From Patescibacteria group bacterium (GTDB lineage: Bacteria; Patescibacteriota; Minisyncoccia; Phycocordibacterales; Phycocordibacteraceae), in contig JAIETW010000001.1 in assembly GCA_019744845.1 (NCBI GenBank), positions 12,623-76,622 on the forward strand: a DNA stretch of 64,000 nt. Reading direction: 5' to 3'. A program made the translations under genes and the position numbers. The notes under the pieces were generated by a model, which was given only the letters and a program-made list of their open reading frames with translations, was not told the origin of the DNA and searched no databases. Shown here in pieces: positions 9,524 through 19,751 of the stretch. The stretch's first letter is position 1. The number at the start of each line of letters is the position of its first letter.

Positions 9524-11260
9524 ATGCGTGCGGCACTCCGGTTACGACTCCGGGTCATCGCCGCCCTTATCATGGTGGTCGCGTTTCTGCTTATCGCGCG
9601 ACTCTATTTCGTACAAATTGTTGATGGGGAAGAGTATTCCCTTCGTGCAGAGCGGCAATATGTGAGTGCGAGTCGCACCATCTACGACCGGGGAAGTATT
9701 TACTTCACGCGAAAAGACGGGACACAGCTTTCTGGCGCTGCACTTGGTACTGGTTTTCTTGTAGCGATAGATCCTTCTAAGCTTAAGAAGCCTGATGAGG
9801 TGTATGCAACATTGTCTACGCACTTTGAACTTGAGGAAGAGGAGTTTGATGCTGCAGTCGCAAAGATCAATGATCCGTATGAGGTGCTCGCTCGTCGTGT
9901 ACCTGAAGATGCAGGGCGAGCTATTTCTGACCTTGAGATACCAGGAGTGATCATAGAGCGTGAACGTTGGCGCATATATCCCGCAGAAGATCGTGCGGCA
10001 CAGACGGTGGGATTTGTGGCCTATGACAATGATAACGACCTTGCAGGACGCTTTGGTCTTGAGCGTTACTACGAAGATGTTCTGTCGCGCAGCAACACAG
10101 GACTCTTTGGAAACTTCTTTGCAGAGCTATTTGCGAATCTTGATGATGCGGTTGGAGATGCCAATCATGCCCGCTCTGGGAACTTGGTCACTGCGATAGA
10201 GCCAGTGGTGCTAGAGAAGTTGGATCAGGTATTAATGAACGTGCAGACAAAGTATGGAAGTGCCGAGACGGGAGGTATCATCATGAACCCTAAGACGGGG
10301 GAGATCATTGCGCTTCAGACGGTTCCATCCTTTGACCCGAATGTGTTTGCCAAAGAAGATTCAGACTATTTTGGTAATCCACTGGTAGAGAGCCGGTATG
10401 AGTTCGGCTCTATCGTGAAGGCACTTACCATGGCTTCTGGTATAGATGCGGGCGTTATTACGGCGAATACTACCTACAACGATACAGGAACCATCACACT
10501 CAACAGCAAGACCATCTCTAACTTTGATGGGAAAGCGCGTGGAGTGGTGCCGATGCAGGAGGTCCTCTCACAATCTCTTAACACCGGCGTATCGTTTATC
10601 GCAGGGAAGCTCGGGCATGAACGCTTTCGTGGTTACTTTGAAAAGCTTGGCATGGGTGCAGAGACCGGTATAGATCTTCCAAGTGAGATCCCTGGCACCA
10701 TAGATAACATTCTGAAGAGTCCTCGTGATGTGGAATATGCGACTGCATCCTTCGGTCAAGGTATCGCACAAACGCCGGTAGAGATGATTAAAGCGCTTGG
10801 TGCGCTTGCGAATGATGGGAAGGTGGTGACACCACACATTGTGCGCTCCATTCGTCTTGAGTCGGGAATCACCAAAGATCTATCATGGGGAAATCCAGAA
10901 GAGGTCTACAGCCCCGAAGCAGTAGAAGAAGTGACTCGCATGCTGGTGAATGTGGTGGATCATTCACTTGCGGGCGGGAACGTGGCAATTCCCGAAATGA
11001 GTGTAGCGGCAAAGACTGGTACCGCACAGATTTCTGCGCCCTCAGGTGGCTACTACGATGACCGCTACTTCCACTCCTTCTTTGGGTACTTCCCAGCCTA
11101 TGAGCCTAAGTTCATTATTCTGCTCTATACCCGGGAGCCGGGAGGTGTGCGCTATGCCTCTGAGACCCTCACGGATCCATTTATGGAGCTTACCAGCTTC
11201 CTCATCAGCTACTACGCAATTCCGCCGGACAGGGTAGAATATGCCGAGTCCGAAGAGTAA
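9524..11260 (+). CDS. ftsI: penicillin-binding protein FtsI/PBP3-like (class B transpeptidase)
   Basis: TM anchor; SxxK 'GSIVKA', SxN 'SLNTG', 'KTGTAQ'. Position within the dcw block. Confidence 0.85.
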   Translation: MRAALRLRLRVIAALIMVVAFLLIARLYFVQIVDGEEYSLRAERQYVSASRTIYDRGSIYFTRKDGTQLSGAALGTGFLVAIDPSKLKKPDEVYATLSTHFELEEEEFDAAVAKINDPYEVLARRVPEDAGRAISDLEIPGVIIERERWRIYPAEDRAAQTVGFVAYDNDNDLAGRFGLERYYEDVLSRSNTGLFGNFFAELFANLDDAVGDANHARSGNLVTAIEPVVLEKLDQVLMNVQTKYGSAETGGIIMNPKTGEIIALQTVPSFDPNVFAKEDSDYFGNPLVESRYEFGSIVKALTMASGIDAGVITANTTYNDTGTITLNSKTISNFDGKARGVVPMQEVLSQSLNTGVSFIAGKLGHERFRGYFEKLGMGAETGIDLPSEIPGTIDNILKSPRDVEYATASFGQGIAQTPVEMIKALGALANDGKVVTPHIVRSIRLESGITKDLSWGNPEEVYSPEAVEEVTRMLVNVVDHSLAGGNVAIPEMSVAAKTGTAQISAPSGGYYDDRYFHSFFGYFPAYEPKFIILLYTREPGGVRYASETLTDPFMELTSFLISYYAIPPDRVEYAESEE

Positions 11261-11266
11261 GGGGAT

Positions 11267-12553
11267 ATGAAAGCACTACTACGAAGCTTCGTTGCTGAGA
11301 TTCTTGCGCATCTTGCGCGGGCGGTTATTACGAAGTACCAGCCTATGATTGTGATGGTGACGGGGAGCGTCGGAAAGACCTCCACCAAGGATGCGGTCGC
11401 TGCGGCCCTCTCCACCACCTATGACCTCCGCGCAAGTGAGAAAAGTTATAACACCGAATTTGGAGTTCCGTTTACCATCTTCGGCGCACAGAACCCTTGG
11501 AACAGTGTCACGGCATGGATAGGGGTAGTACACCGAGCGCTTGCGCTCGTTTTTATGACTCGGGCATATCCACAATTGTTGGTACTTGAAGTCGGAGCAG
11601 ATCGTCCTGGAGATCTTGCAAAGATACTTCGCATTGTGACTCCTGATGCAGTCGTCGTTACTCATCTTCCGAACGTTCCTGTGCATGTGGAAGCGTATGC
11701 CTCTCCACGAGCAGTACACGAAGAAGAGTTTGCTCCTGCGTACGCGCTTCCTGATGGTGCACCCCTCATTCTTTCTTGTGATGACGGTCATGCACTCAAG
11801 ATGGCAGAGAAGCTACCAGTAGAGGTTTTCAGTTTTGGATTTACCAAGGGTGCAGATGTAGAGATCATGAACCCGGAGCCATATCTTTCTGGAAATACTG
11901 TCACCGGCATGAAGGCAACCGTCATTACCGATGGCACATCATATCCACTCATTGTTACAGGCGCTCTAGGGCGCCCTCAGCTTTATGCTCCTGCAGCTGC
12001 GCTCGCACTTGCAAAAGGTCTTGGTATTTCTGTAGAAGAGGCGCTTAAGGCATTGAAGGCATACGTACCACCCCCAGGCCGCGCACGTCTTCTTTCTGGT
12101 GTGAATGGGTCCACCCTTATTGATGATTCATATAATGCGTCTCCAGCCGCAGTCGTAGAAAGCCTCTCTGCACTCGCGCTTATGAAAGGTGGACGGAAGA
12201 TTGCCGTTTTGGGTGACATGCTTGAGCTTGGACGGTACTCAGTAGAGGAGCATGAGCGCCTTGGGAAAGAAGTTGCAAAGTCTGTGGATGTTCTCGTTGC
12301 AGTTGGTGCTCGTTCACAGGTAGTTGCGTCTGCAGCACGTGCGGCAGGTCTTAAAGAAGACATGGTGCACGAGCATACAAAGTCTCCAGAAGCCGCAGAG
12401 GCACTCCTCGGTCTCGTGCAAGAAGGGGATCTGGTACTTATCAAGGGCTCCCAAGGCATGCGGATGGAACGCATAGTGGCTCGTCTTCTAGAAGATCAGA
12501 AAGATACGGATAAGCTCGTGCGTCAGGAGACGGAATGGCTTCTCATTAAGTAG
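11267..12553 (+). CDS. murF: Mur ligase, probably UDP-MurNAc-tripeptide--D-Ala-D-Ala ligase MurF
   Basis: P-loop 'VTGSVGKTSTKD' and 'DDSYNASP', which matches the MurF 'DDSYNANP' signature. 428 aa. A murE assignment cannot be fully excluded. Confidence 0.7.
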   Translation: MKALLRSFVAEILAHLARAVITKYQPMIVMVTGSVGKTSTKDAVAAALSTTYDLRASEKSYNTEFGVPFTIFGAQNPWNSVTAWIGVVHRALALVFMTRAYPQLLVLEVGADRPGDLAKILRIVTPDAVVVTHLPNVPVHVEAYASPRAVHEEEFAPAYALPDGAPLILSCDDGHALKMAEKLPVEVFSFGFTKGADVEIMNPEPYLSGNTVTGMKATVITDGTSYPLIVTGALGRPQLYAPAAALALAKGLGISVEEALKALKAYVPPPGRARLLSGVNGSTLIDDSYNASPAAVVESLSALALMKGGRKIAVLGDMLELGRYSVEEHERLGKEVAKSVDVLVAVGARSQVVASAARAAGLKEDMVHEHTKSPEAAEALLGLVQEGDLVLIKGSQGMRMERIVARLLEDQKDTDKLVRQETEWLLIK

Positions 12554-12594
12554 CCTTGCCCGAATCGCCCAGTCTTGGTATTTTGAGTCCCACT

Positions 12595-12669
12595 GGCCTC
12601 ATCGTCTAACGGTTAGGACGCTAGCCTCTCACGCTGGAAATCGGGGTTCGATTCCCCGTGAGGTCACCA
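12595..12669 (+). tRNA. tRNA-Glu (anticodon CUC), CCA encoded
   Basis: Hand-folded cloverleaf. Acceptor GGCCTCA/TGAGGTC, D-stem GTCT/GGAC, anticodon stem CTAGC/GCTGG with loop CTCTCAC, T-arm CGGGG-TTCGATT-CCCCG, then A and CCA. Confidence 0.8.
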
Positions 12670-12701
12670 CCAACTGTGCGCGCATCTAGTATAGTTCTGT
12701 A

Positions 12702-13595
12702 ATGATTGACCCGGTCTTCTACGTTTTTGTTGCGGTCGCTATTCTTTCATACGGCATACAAAGTCCGTTGAATGTACTTTTCTCACGGCGCCTCGGGGCG
12801 CTACGTTTTACAGTCTATAGAAATCTTTCCTTGGCCGTCACTATGGCGCCGGTGCTTCTATTTGCGCCATGGGAAGAGGTGCTTGCGATTCACACCATGC
12901 TTCCTGTGCTCCTTCTCGCGTCTGCCACAGGTGCGTTTGGTTTTATCTGTCTTCAGACTGCGGCACGGTATCTTCCTGTAGGGATTACGCAGGCTATACG
13001 GCAGGCAGTGTATGTAACCGGCACGGTCATACTTGGGGCACTGTTTTTTGGTGAGTATTTGACTCTTATGCAGCTTCTGGTGCTTGCGGGCGTGCTCTTG
13101 GCGAGTGTATTCATTATGGTCTCTCGCTCAAATCACGCGCACCTTGATAGCAGCAAGCATGGACGCGGAGTGATGTTTTCAGTCGTTGCGGGAGTGAGTG
13201 TGGCGTTCAGTTTCTACTTCTTTAGTCAGCTCTCACGTGAACTCAATCCGCTTGTTGCAGGATATTTCTGGGAAGCAACGATTGGAGTGCTTACGTTCGC
13301 CTACATGCTGTTTGAGAAATATAGAGGAGCATATGTTGACCCAATTACACTGCCGCTCAAAGAGATTGGGGTGATTGCGCTCATGTCGCTTACCACTATT
13401 AGCGGTACGCTTGGGTATGCGTATGCGGTTAACTATGGCCCCTTTGCACTTGCGTCAGGACTTGTGACCTCCACGGTACTTATTTCAGCGGTGGTGAGCT
13501 GGTTCTTGTTTAAGGAACGCCTGACTATGTGGCAGGTGTGTCTGATCCTTATTGTGACCGGATTAATGATTCTTCTTCGCTTTATATCGGGATAG
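12702..13595 (+). CDS. DMT-superfamily (EamA-like) transporter, about 10 TM
   Basis: Two repeated five-helix hydrophobic halves, 297 aa. Confidence 0.7.
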   Translation: MIDPVFYVFVAVAILSYGIQSPLNVLFSRRLGALRFTVYRNLSLAVTMAPVLLFAPWEEVLAIHTMLPVLLLASATGAFGFICLQTAARYLPVGITQAIRQAVYVTGTVILGALFFGEYLTLMQLLVLAGVLLASVFIMVSRSNHAHLDSSKHGRGVMFSVVAGVSVAFSFYFFSQLSRELNPLVAGYFWEATIGVLTFAYMLFEKYRGAYVDPITLPLKEIGVIALMSLTTISGTLGYAYAVNYGPFALASGLVTSTVLISAVVSWFLFKERLTMWQVCLILIVTGLMILLRFISG

Positions 13596-14466
13596 CGATA
13601 TAGCAAATGGGCCAGCCGAGTTGCCAGTGCGCTTTGAGTTTTGGGAAGATGACGAATGCGTCCTGATCAAGTGTGACAGGATCGTCACCGTGGTACCCAA
13701 GCACCTCTCCTGCCTTAAGTGGCTCAAAAGACGCTAACCCTCTTCCGTCCGCAAATGTGAAGCCGCGTTCGTCAAGTTTGATGGTTTTATAGAAGCGATA
13801 CGTGCATATCGTGTGAGAGGGTAGTGGTGGTAGTGGATTCGTGGAGAGTCCGAAATCAGACAAGACTGCCTCCACACTTCTTTTTGTTTCTTCTATGCGG
13901 CCCGCATCGTTCACCCACCCTGATTCAATGCACATGCCGACCTTACCCATGCGGTCTGCATATTCGTCAGTGGTGACGGGTCCATCACCAAACACGTACT
14001 CTGGGTCTTCAATGACGTGCGTAATAGGGAACCACCGATAGACACGAGCGTGTCTCTCGTCTGCTCGGGAGCAAATGAACGTGGAAGAAGGTTTATTGGT
14101 TGAGTGGATATCAAGGGTGAGGTCTGCTTCTCGTATTAGTCGAGCGAGAGTAATGGCACGCTCTTCTTCCCATGACTGGTCAATACGATCTATAAGATGT
14201 GCGTCACTAAATTGACGATTGAGATCTTTGCCGTCTATCCATCGCTCATTTTTCTCAATCGCACGCGTGTTACCGAGTGCAAGCGTAAGAGTGCCAGACG
14301 CAAGATGACGTCCATCCTCAAATTCTTTAAGAAGCATGCGCACGACTTCAATACCTGCTGCTTCATTCCCGTGCATGCCGCCGATAATGCATACAGAAGG
14401 ACCAGGCACCGTGCTTTGTATGCGCCAGATAGAGTCTCCGATATTCTCGGGTGTGGTGTCGTCCAT
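13582..14466 (-). CDS. succinylglutamate desuccinylase/aspartoacylase family zinc hydrolase
   Basis: 'CIIGGMHGNEAAG' zinc-ligand motif of the AstE/AspA family. Confidence 0.7.
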   Translation of the reverse strand: MDDTTPENIGDSIWRIQSTVPGPSVCIIGGMHGNEAAGIEVVRMLLKEFEDGRHLASGTLTLALGNTRAIEKNERWIDGKDLNRQFSDAHLIDRIDQSWEEERAITLARLIREADLTLDIHSTNKPSSTFICSRADERHARVYRWFPITHVIEDPEYVFGDGPVTTDEYADRMGKVGMCIESGWVNDAGRIEETKRSVEAVLSDFGLSTNPLPPLPSHTICTYRFYKTIKLDERGFTFADGRGLASFEPLKAGEVLGYHGDDPVTLDQDAFVIFPKLKAHWQLGWPICYIAIPI

Positions 14467-14479
14467 AGAGGTGGAGCAA

Positions 14480-14932
14480 TTACCCGAGAAGTGCGTCGAC
14501 GACTGCCTTTACGTCGCCTCCGTCTGCCTTACCCTTGAGGTCCTTCATGACGGCACCAGTCACCATGCCTGCCTTTGATTTATCTGCGCCCATTTCTGCG
14601 ATCTTGGCTTTTGCGACTACCTCAATCTCTTCACGAGACATCTGGGCAGGAAGGAGCTCACTAATGATGACAAGCTCTGCTTTCTCAGGCTCTGCAAGTT
14701 CATTGCGTCCTGCCTTCTCAAACTGCTCTATGGAATCCTTGCGCTGGTTTGCGGCACGCTTAAGGACGGCAATCGCTTCGTCATCCGTAAGGAATTCATC
14801 AGGCTTACGCTTCTTGGCAACGACCTCATTGGTCATTGCGGTCACCAACGAGCGGATGGTACGGAGACGCACCTCGTCTTTGGCGCGCATAGCGTCGGGG
14901 ATACCTGCCTTGATGGATTCGTGGATAGTCAT
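14480..14932 (-). CDS. GatB/YqeY-domain protein
   Basis: Internal Met start gives about 150 aa. The all-helical sequence resembles the YqeY family. The ORF extension upstream of this Met is Cys-rich and unlikely to be translated. Confidence 0.65.
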   Translation of the reverse strand: MTIHESIKAGIPDAMRAKDEVRLRTIRSLVTAMTNEVVAKKRKPDEFLTDDEAIAVLKRAANQRKDSIEQFEKAGRNELAEPEKAELVIISELLPAQMSREEIEVVAKAKIAEMGADKSKAGMVTGAVMKDLKGKADGGDVKAVVDALLG

Positions 14933-14957
14933 ATTTGGATAGGGTACCATAGAGGCA

Positions 14958-17642
14958 ATGCAACAACAGGTGTGGCATTCACTTATTGCGGACGAGGTCG
15001 TCCGCTCTCTTTCTACCGATTCGGAGAAAGGTCTCACCAAGGAGGAGGCCGCTCTTCGGCTTGCCAGTGGCCGTAATCGTCTGCCGAAGGTAAAGGGAGA
15101 GTCTCTTTACTCACGTATTCTCCGACAGTTCTCGAGCCCGATTGCAGTGGTGCTTTTACTTGCCGCGCTCGCGACGACGCTTCTATCTCACTACACGGAC
15201 GCCATTGTTATTTCTGTCGCACTCCTCGTGAATGTGATAATTGGCCTCATACAAGAAGGGCGCGCTTCTCGCGCCTTTGAGGCATTAAAGAAGAGTGAGG
15301 CAAAGCAGGCGGTGGTCATCCGCGATGGCGAACCTGCAAAGATTCCTGCAGAGGAGTTGGTGGCGGGTGATTTGGTTGTACTCATTGCGGGGACTGCAGT
15401 CCCAGCCGATATTCGCCTTGTGGAGGCGCATGCGCTGACCGTCAATGAGTCTGCACTTTCAGGAGAGTGGCTTCCGATAGAGAAAGACACCGAGGCGCGA
15501 GATGAGAACGCACCTCTTGTGGAGCGAACGGGTATGGTGTATTCCAGCACTCTGATCGTCTCAGGTGCGGGCCAAGGTGTGGTGGTGGCGGTTGGTTCAG
15601 CGACTGAATTTGGGGTTATAGCGAAAGAGCTGGGTGCTGTACAGACTGTCGTAACGCCGCTCATGCGCGACATTCGTCAGATTGCGCGCTTTATTGTGAT
15701 GATCAGCGCGACCATCATGCTTTTCACAGTCCTGCTCGGACTTTTGCGCGGAATTTCATTTGAAGAAACTCTCCTTACCGCGATTGCACTTGCAGTGGCC
15801 AGTGTTCCTGAAGGACTCCCTGCAGCAGTGACGGTGGTGCTCGCGCTCGGTATGGAACGCATTTTGAAATCAGGAGGATTGGTGCGTAATCTGCTTGCCG
15901 CAGAGACGCTTGGAACGACGAGCGTTATTCTGACTGACAAGACGGGGACTCTTACTCTGGGGCAGATGAATATTCATTCGTACATCACGTACTCAGGTGT
16001 CAGTACGGATAACGCGGATGCGGAAGCGCGTGCACTCTTATCTGCTGCAGTCCTGGCGTCAGATGCATACGTAGAAGAACGTGCTGACGCAAAAGAAGGA
16101 GAGGAGAGGCTTGTGGCGCATGGTCGCCCAATAGAGCAGGCGGTGATTCTTGAAGGTCTTAAGATTGGAATTGCGGGACCTGAACTTCGGGGAAGTTGCC
16201 CCCGAACAGATGAGCTCCATTTTGACTCGGCACGTCGCTTTGGCGGTATGTTGGTGCGCGAGCAGGGGGAGTCAATTGCGTATCTTTCTGGCGCTCCTGA
16301 ACTCTTCCTTTCTAAGGTCAAATTTGTGCGAGATGGAAAAGGGGTAGAGCATACGATGACTGACGAGATGGCAAGCCGATTTGCGCTTGGATTGAATGAA
16401 GCGGCGCGAGATGGCAAGCGAGTGATTGCGTTGATGCGAGTGAAGACAGCAAGTGATCGGTTTCCACAAGAAAATCAGGATGCAATGCTCGCACAGGGAT
16501 GCCTCATTGGCCTTCTCGTATTTTCTGATCAGATCCGGCCAGAAATCTATGACGCCATTCGTGACATGCACGGTGCCGGAGCTCGTGTCCTCATGCTTAC
16601 GGGAGATAATCCAGAGACCGCGCTTGCCATTGCTAAAGAGGTCGGTATTGCAGGACCAAATGACCGTGCATATACCGGAGCAGAGCTTGAGGTCATGTCA
16701 GACGAAGAACTGCTGAAGGTCTTGAGAAAGAACCACGTTTTTGCGCGTGTCGTTCCCTCACAGAAACTTCGCATGGCCAATGTATTGGTAGGAAGTGGAG
16801 AGGTGGTGGCAATGACTGGAGATGGAGTCAACGACGCACCGGCACTCTCGGCTGCTTCTATCGGCGTTGCGGTTGGGTCGGGTACTGATGTGGCGAAAGA
16901 AGCATCGGATCTCGTGCTGCTCAGTAACGGCTTCGGTGTCATTACCGCCGCGATTCGTGAAGGACGTCGCCTTCGTGACAACTTTAAAAAGATCTTTGCG
17001 TACATGTTGTCTACGAACTTTAGCGAAGTGGTACTGATTACATTTGCGCTTATTTTCGCTCTGCCGTTGCCTATTCTTCCTACCCAGATTCTCTGGGCTA
17101 ATCTTATTCAAGGTGGGCTTATGAACTTTGCATTTGCGTTTGAGCCTCTGTATCCGTCTGCGATGAAGCGAAAACCAAAAGATCCAGATGTGGCACAGGT
17201 GCTTTCCTCTAAACTCATTAAACTTATTGCACTTGTGGGTACGGTAACGGCGAGTGTGCTTATTCTCATCTATCTCGCACTTTACTCTATGCGGTTTCCG
17301 CTTATTGAAATTCAGACCATGATGTTTATTGGTGTTTCTATGAATACTATCTTCATTGCGTTCTCAATTAAGAGCTTCGGTACGCCACTGTGGCGCCTCT
17401 CTCTCCTCTCAAATAAGTTCTTGTTGGTGGCACTTCTCGCAAGCCTGGCCATGCTTATCGCAGCGCTATACATTCCTGCGCTTCAGATGTTGATACATAC
17501 GGTTCCTCCATCGCCTCTCTACATTGCGATTCTTCTTGGATTCGGGATTGTGAACATGCTCACTATTGAACTTGCCAAGTGGCTCTTCTTTATCCGTCCT
17601 GAGGAAGAGGAAATGCACCGCCGAGGATTGGTGACAGCCTAG
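14958..17642 (+). CDS. cation-transporting P-type ATPase (type IIA, Ca2+/Mg2+-like)
   Basis: 'DKTGTLT' phosphorylation site, 'PEGLPA' in TM4, 'TGDGVNDAPAL' hinge, 10 TM helices, 894 aa. Confidence 0.9.
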   Translation: MQQQVWHSLIADEVVRSLSTDSEKGLTKEEAALRLASGRNRLPKVKGESLYSRILRQFSSPIAVVLLLAALATTLLSHYTDAIVISVALLVNVIIGLIQEGRASRAFEALKKSEAKQAVVIRDGEPAKIPAEELVAGDLVVLIAGTAVPADIRLVEAHALTVNESALSGEWLPIEKDTEARDENAPLVERTGMVYSSTLIVSGAGQGVVVAVGSATEFGVIAKELGAVQTVVTPLMRDIRQIARFIVMISATIMLFTVLLGLLRGISFEETLLTAIALAVASVPEGLPAAVTVVLALGMERILKSGGLVRNLLAAETLGTTSVILTDKTGTLTLGQMNIHSYITYSGVSTDNADAEARALLSAAVLASDAYVEERADAKEGEERLVAHGRPIEQAVILEGLKIGIAGPELRGSCPRTDELHFDSARRFGGMLVREQGESIAYLSGAPELFLSKVKFVRDGKGVEHTMTDEMASRFALGLNEAARDGKRVIALMRVKTASDRFPQENQDAMLAQGCLIGLLVFSDQIRPEIYDAIRDMHGAGARVLMLTGDNPETALAIAKEVGIAGPNDRAYTGAELEVMSDEELLKVLRKNHVFARVVPSQKLRMANVLVGSGEVVAMTGDGVNDAPALSAASIGVAVGSGTDVAKEASDLVLLSNGFGVITAAIREGRRLRDNFKKIFAYMLSTNFSEVVLITFALIFALPLPILPTQILWANLIQGGLMNFAFAFEPLYPSAMKRKPKDPDVAQVLSSKLIKLIALVGTVTASVLILIYLALYSMRFPLIEIQTMMFIGVSMNTIFIAFSIKSFGTPLWRLSLLSNKFLLVALLASLAMLIAALYIPALQMLIHTVPPSPLYIAILLGFGIVNMLTIELAKWLFFIRPEEEEMHRRGLVTA

Positions 17643-17902
17643 TTCTTCTTCCTGATCTCGTACTTTTGGTGCAAGTGCATCAGATCTTTCTTCACCTCCT
17701 TAAGAAGAGTGTACTGGCGCTCGGTAAGTTCTGACTTACTACACTGCGCTATGGTTTCTTCCACAAAGCCAAGGATAGTCGCAAGCATAGGGAAGTAGTC
17801 CCCGCTTTTTACGTGGAATTCTAGGCGTTCAATACGATGATCGTCTGCCGCATCGCGGAAGGTATAGAACATAGGAGAGAGCACATACACACGTTCGTTC
17901 AT
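17639..17902 (-). CDS. hypothetical small protein (87 aa)
   Basis: Start overlaps the radC stop by 4 nt. No recognisable motif. Confidence 0.4.
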   Translation of the reverse strand: MNERVYVLSPMFYTFRDAADDHRIERLEFHVKSGDYFPMLATILGFVEETIAQCSKSELTERQYTLLKEVKKDLMHLHQKYEIRKKN

Positions 17903-18651
17903 ACTTGGTAGCGGGTAGGCACGCTCGCGAAGCCTTCCTTAGTCACAATGACGTGATCTACAAGTGGAATGCCAAGCTGTGTCCCGGCAGCAACGAGCTG
18001 CTCAGTAACTTGAAGATCCGCAGAAGAAGGGTCGGTGACTCCTGAAGGGTGATTGTGGACGAGAATCACTGCGGCAGCAGAATACTCAAGCGCAGGACGG
18101 AATACTTCGCGTGGGTGCACGATGTTTGCGTCTACGGTACCAATAGAAATCACTTCGTCGTGAATCACTTTGTAGTGTGCATTCAAATAGAGGCCACGAA
18201 GGTGTTCTTTTGAAAGAGTGCGCATGTCAGCGACATGCTCATACACCTCGCGTGCCGTGCGAATCGTTGGGGCACCATTGCCATTACGCTCAAAGAAGCG
18301 ACGACCGAGCTCTCCCGCAGCCACAATTTGCGCCGCTTTCCCAAGAGGAATATCAAGATCCTTTGAAAGACGCTCAGCGCTGGTCTGGCTCATGACGCCA
18401 CGCTCTCCATAGTCCTGCATGATGCGGCGGGCCATCCCGAGTACGTCTTCTTTGGTCGTCCCCACGTTCAAAAGAACGGCCATAAGTTCGGTCGTAGAGA
18501 GGGATCCGGGTCCTTCAGCAATCAAGCGCTCACGTGGGCGCTCGTCCTGAGGGAGGTCATGGACCGTAAGGACGTACTTACGCTCGGCATTATCAAGAAC
18601 GAGCGGAGAAGGAGTGACAAGGTATTGTTTGTCAGCCATTACAAAAAGCAT
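17899..18651 (-). CDS. radC: RadC-like JAB/MPN-domain protein
   Basis: JAMM motif 'HNHPSGVTDPSSAD' and an N-terminal HhH region. Confidence 0.85.
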   Translation of the reverse strand: MLFVMADKQYLVTPSPLVLDNAERKYVLTVHDLPQDERPRERLIAEGPGSLSTTELMAVLLNVGTTKEDVLGMARRIMQDYGERGVMSQTSAERLSKDLDIPLGKAAQIVAAGELGRRFFERNGNGAPTIRTAREVYEHVADMRTLSKEHLRGLYLNAHYKVIHDEVISIGTVDANIVHPREVFRPALEYSAAAVILVHNHPSGVTDPSSADLQVTEQLVAAGTQLGIPLVDHVIVTKEGFASVPTRYQV

Positions 18652-18674
18652 ACCACTGTGGGGACAGGCAATTC

Positions 18675-19751
18675 TTGTTATACACGGGTATAATTGGGGG
18701 AATGGATTTCCTTACTATTGGCATTATCGTTTTCGTCGTCCTCCTGGCCCAGGGTGTGGTCTATTTCCTACTCCGAAACAAGAAAGCGCCTGAGGCAGAC
18801 CAGGGCGGCTTCATGCTGCTTCAGCAGCAGCTGCAGGAGCTTCGGCAGACTCTTGATGCACGGGTGAGTGAGTCGTCTAAGCAGATGAATGAGACCGTGC
18901 GTGCCCAGCTTGGAGAGTCCTCTCGCCTCATTAAAGAGATCACAGAAGAGATTACCTCTGTGAAAGAGATTGGCCGCCAGACCCAAGGATTTACCGAGCA
19001 GCTTAAGTCTCTTCAGGATGTGCTTAAGAATCCAAAGCAGCGTGGAGTGCTTGGGGAGTATTACTTGGAGACTACGCTTAAGAACGTGCTTCCGCCCGAT
19101 GGCTATCAGATCCAGTATCCATTTGCGAATGGCGAGATCGTGGATGCCGTCGTGTTTGTAAACGGAAAGATTGTTCCGGTAGATTCTAAGTTCTCGCTTG
19201 AGAACTACAACCGCCTCATCAACTGCGATCCATCAGATCGGGTCGCGCTGGAGAAGGCGTTTGTGAATGACCTTAAGCTCCGTATTCAGGAGACGTCCAA
19301 GTACATTCGCCCTGAAGAGGGGACTATGGATTTCGCATTCATGTTCATTCCTTCAGAAGGTATCTATTACGATCTTTTGACGAACCAGGTGGGTGCCGGG
19401 GAAGATGAGAACCTGCTTCAGCGTGCGGCTGCCAAGAACAAAGTTATCATCGTCTCTCCTACCTCGTTCCTCGCATACTTGCAGACGGTGCTGGTGGGAT
19501 TGAATGCACTCAAGATTGAGAAGCGTGCAGAAGAGATCCAGAAGCGTGTCTCTGAGCTCACCAAGCACATTGATAGCTGGGGTGGATACTACCAGAAGCT
19601 CGGAAATGCTCTCGGTACTGCCGTCTCGCACTACAACTCTTCATACAAAGAGCTTGGAAAGATTGATAAGGACGTGTATCGCATCTCCGGAGAAAAGGTG
19701 GGGATTGAGACGGCACTTCTTGAGAAGCCAAAGATGGGGGAGGATACGTAG
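18675..19751 (+). CDS. rmuC: DNA recombination protein RmuC
   Basis: N-terminal TM helix, long coiled coil, C-terminal 'FAFMFIPSEGIYYDLL' RmuC nuclease-like core. Track ORF starts at TTG 18675; the ATG at 18702 is equally plausible. Confidence 0.85.
   Translation: MLYTGIIGGMDFLTIGIIVFVVLLAQGVVYFLLRNKKAPEADQGGFMLLQQQLQELRQTLDARVSESSKQMNETVRAQLGESSRLIKEITEEITSVKEIGRQTQGFTEQLKSLQDVLKNPKQRGVLGEYYLETTLKNVLPPDGYQIQYPFANGEIVDAVVFVNGKIVPVDSKFSLENYNRLINCDPSDRVALEKAFVNDLKLRIQETSKYIRPEEGTMDFAFMFIPSEGIYYDLLTNQVGAGEDENLLQRAAAKNKVIIVSPTSFLAYLQTVLVGLNALKIEKRAEEIQKRVSELTKHIDSWGGYYQKLGNALGTAVSHYNSSYKELGKIDKDVYRISGEKVGIETALLEKPKMGEDT
18689..18694 (+). promoter_or_regulatory. perfect TATAAT -10 hexamer 7 nt upstream of the rmuC internal ATG at 18702 (candidate leaderless promoter)
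   Basis: 'gggTATAATtgggggaATGgat'. No -35 identified; may be an extended/-10-only promoter. Confidence 0.35.

Noticed and set aside
11279-12474. 170-aa and 163-aa minus-strand ORFs within murF
   Set aside because: Antisense to the Mur ligase ORF. No motifs.
15191-17005. Several 87-160-aa minus-strand ORFs inside the P-type ATPase gene
   Set aside because: All antisense to an 894-aa ORF with every P-type ATPase signature. Spurious.
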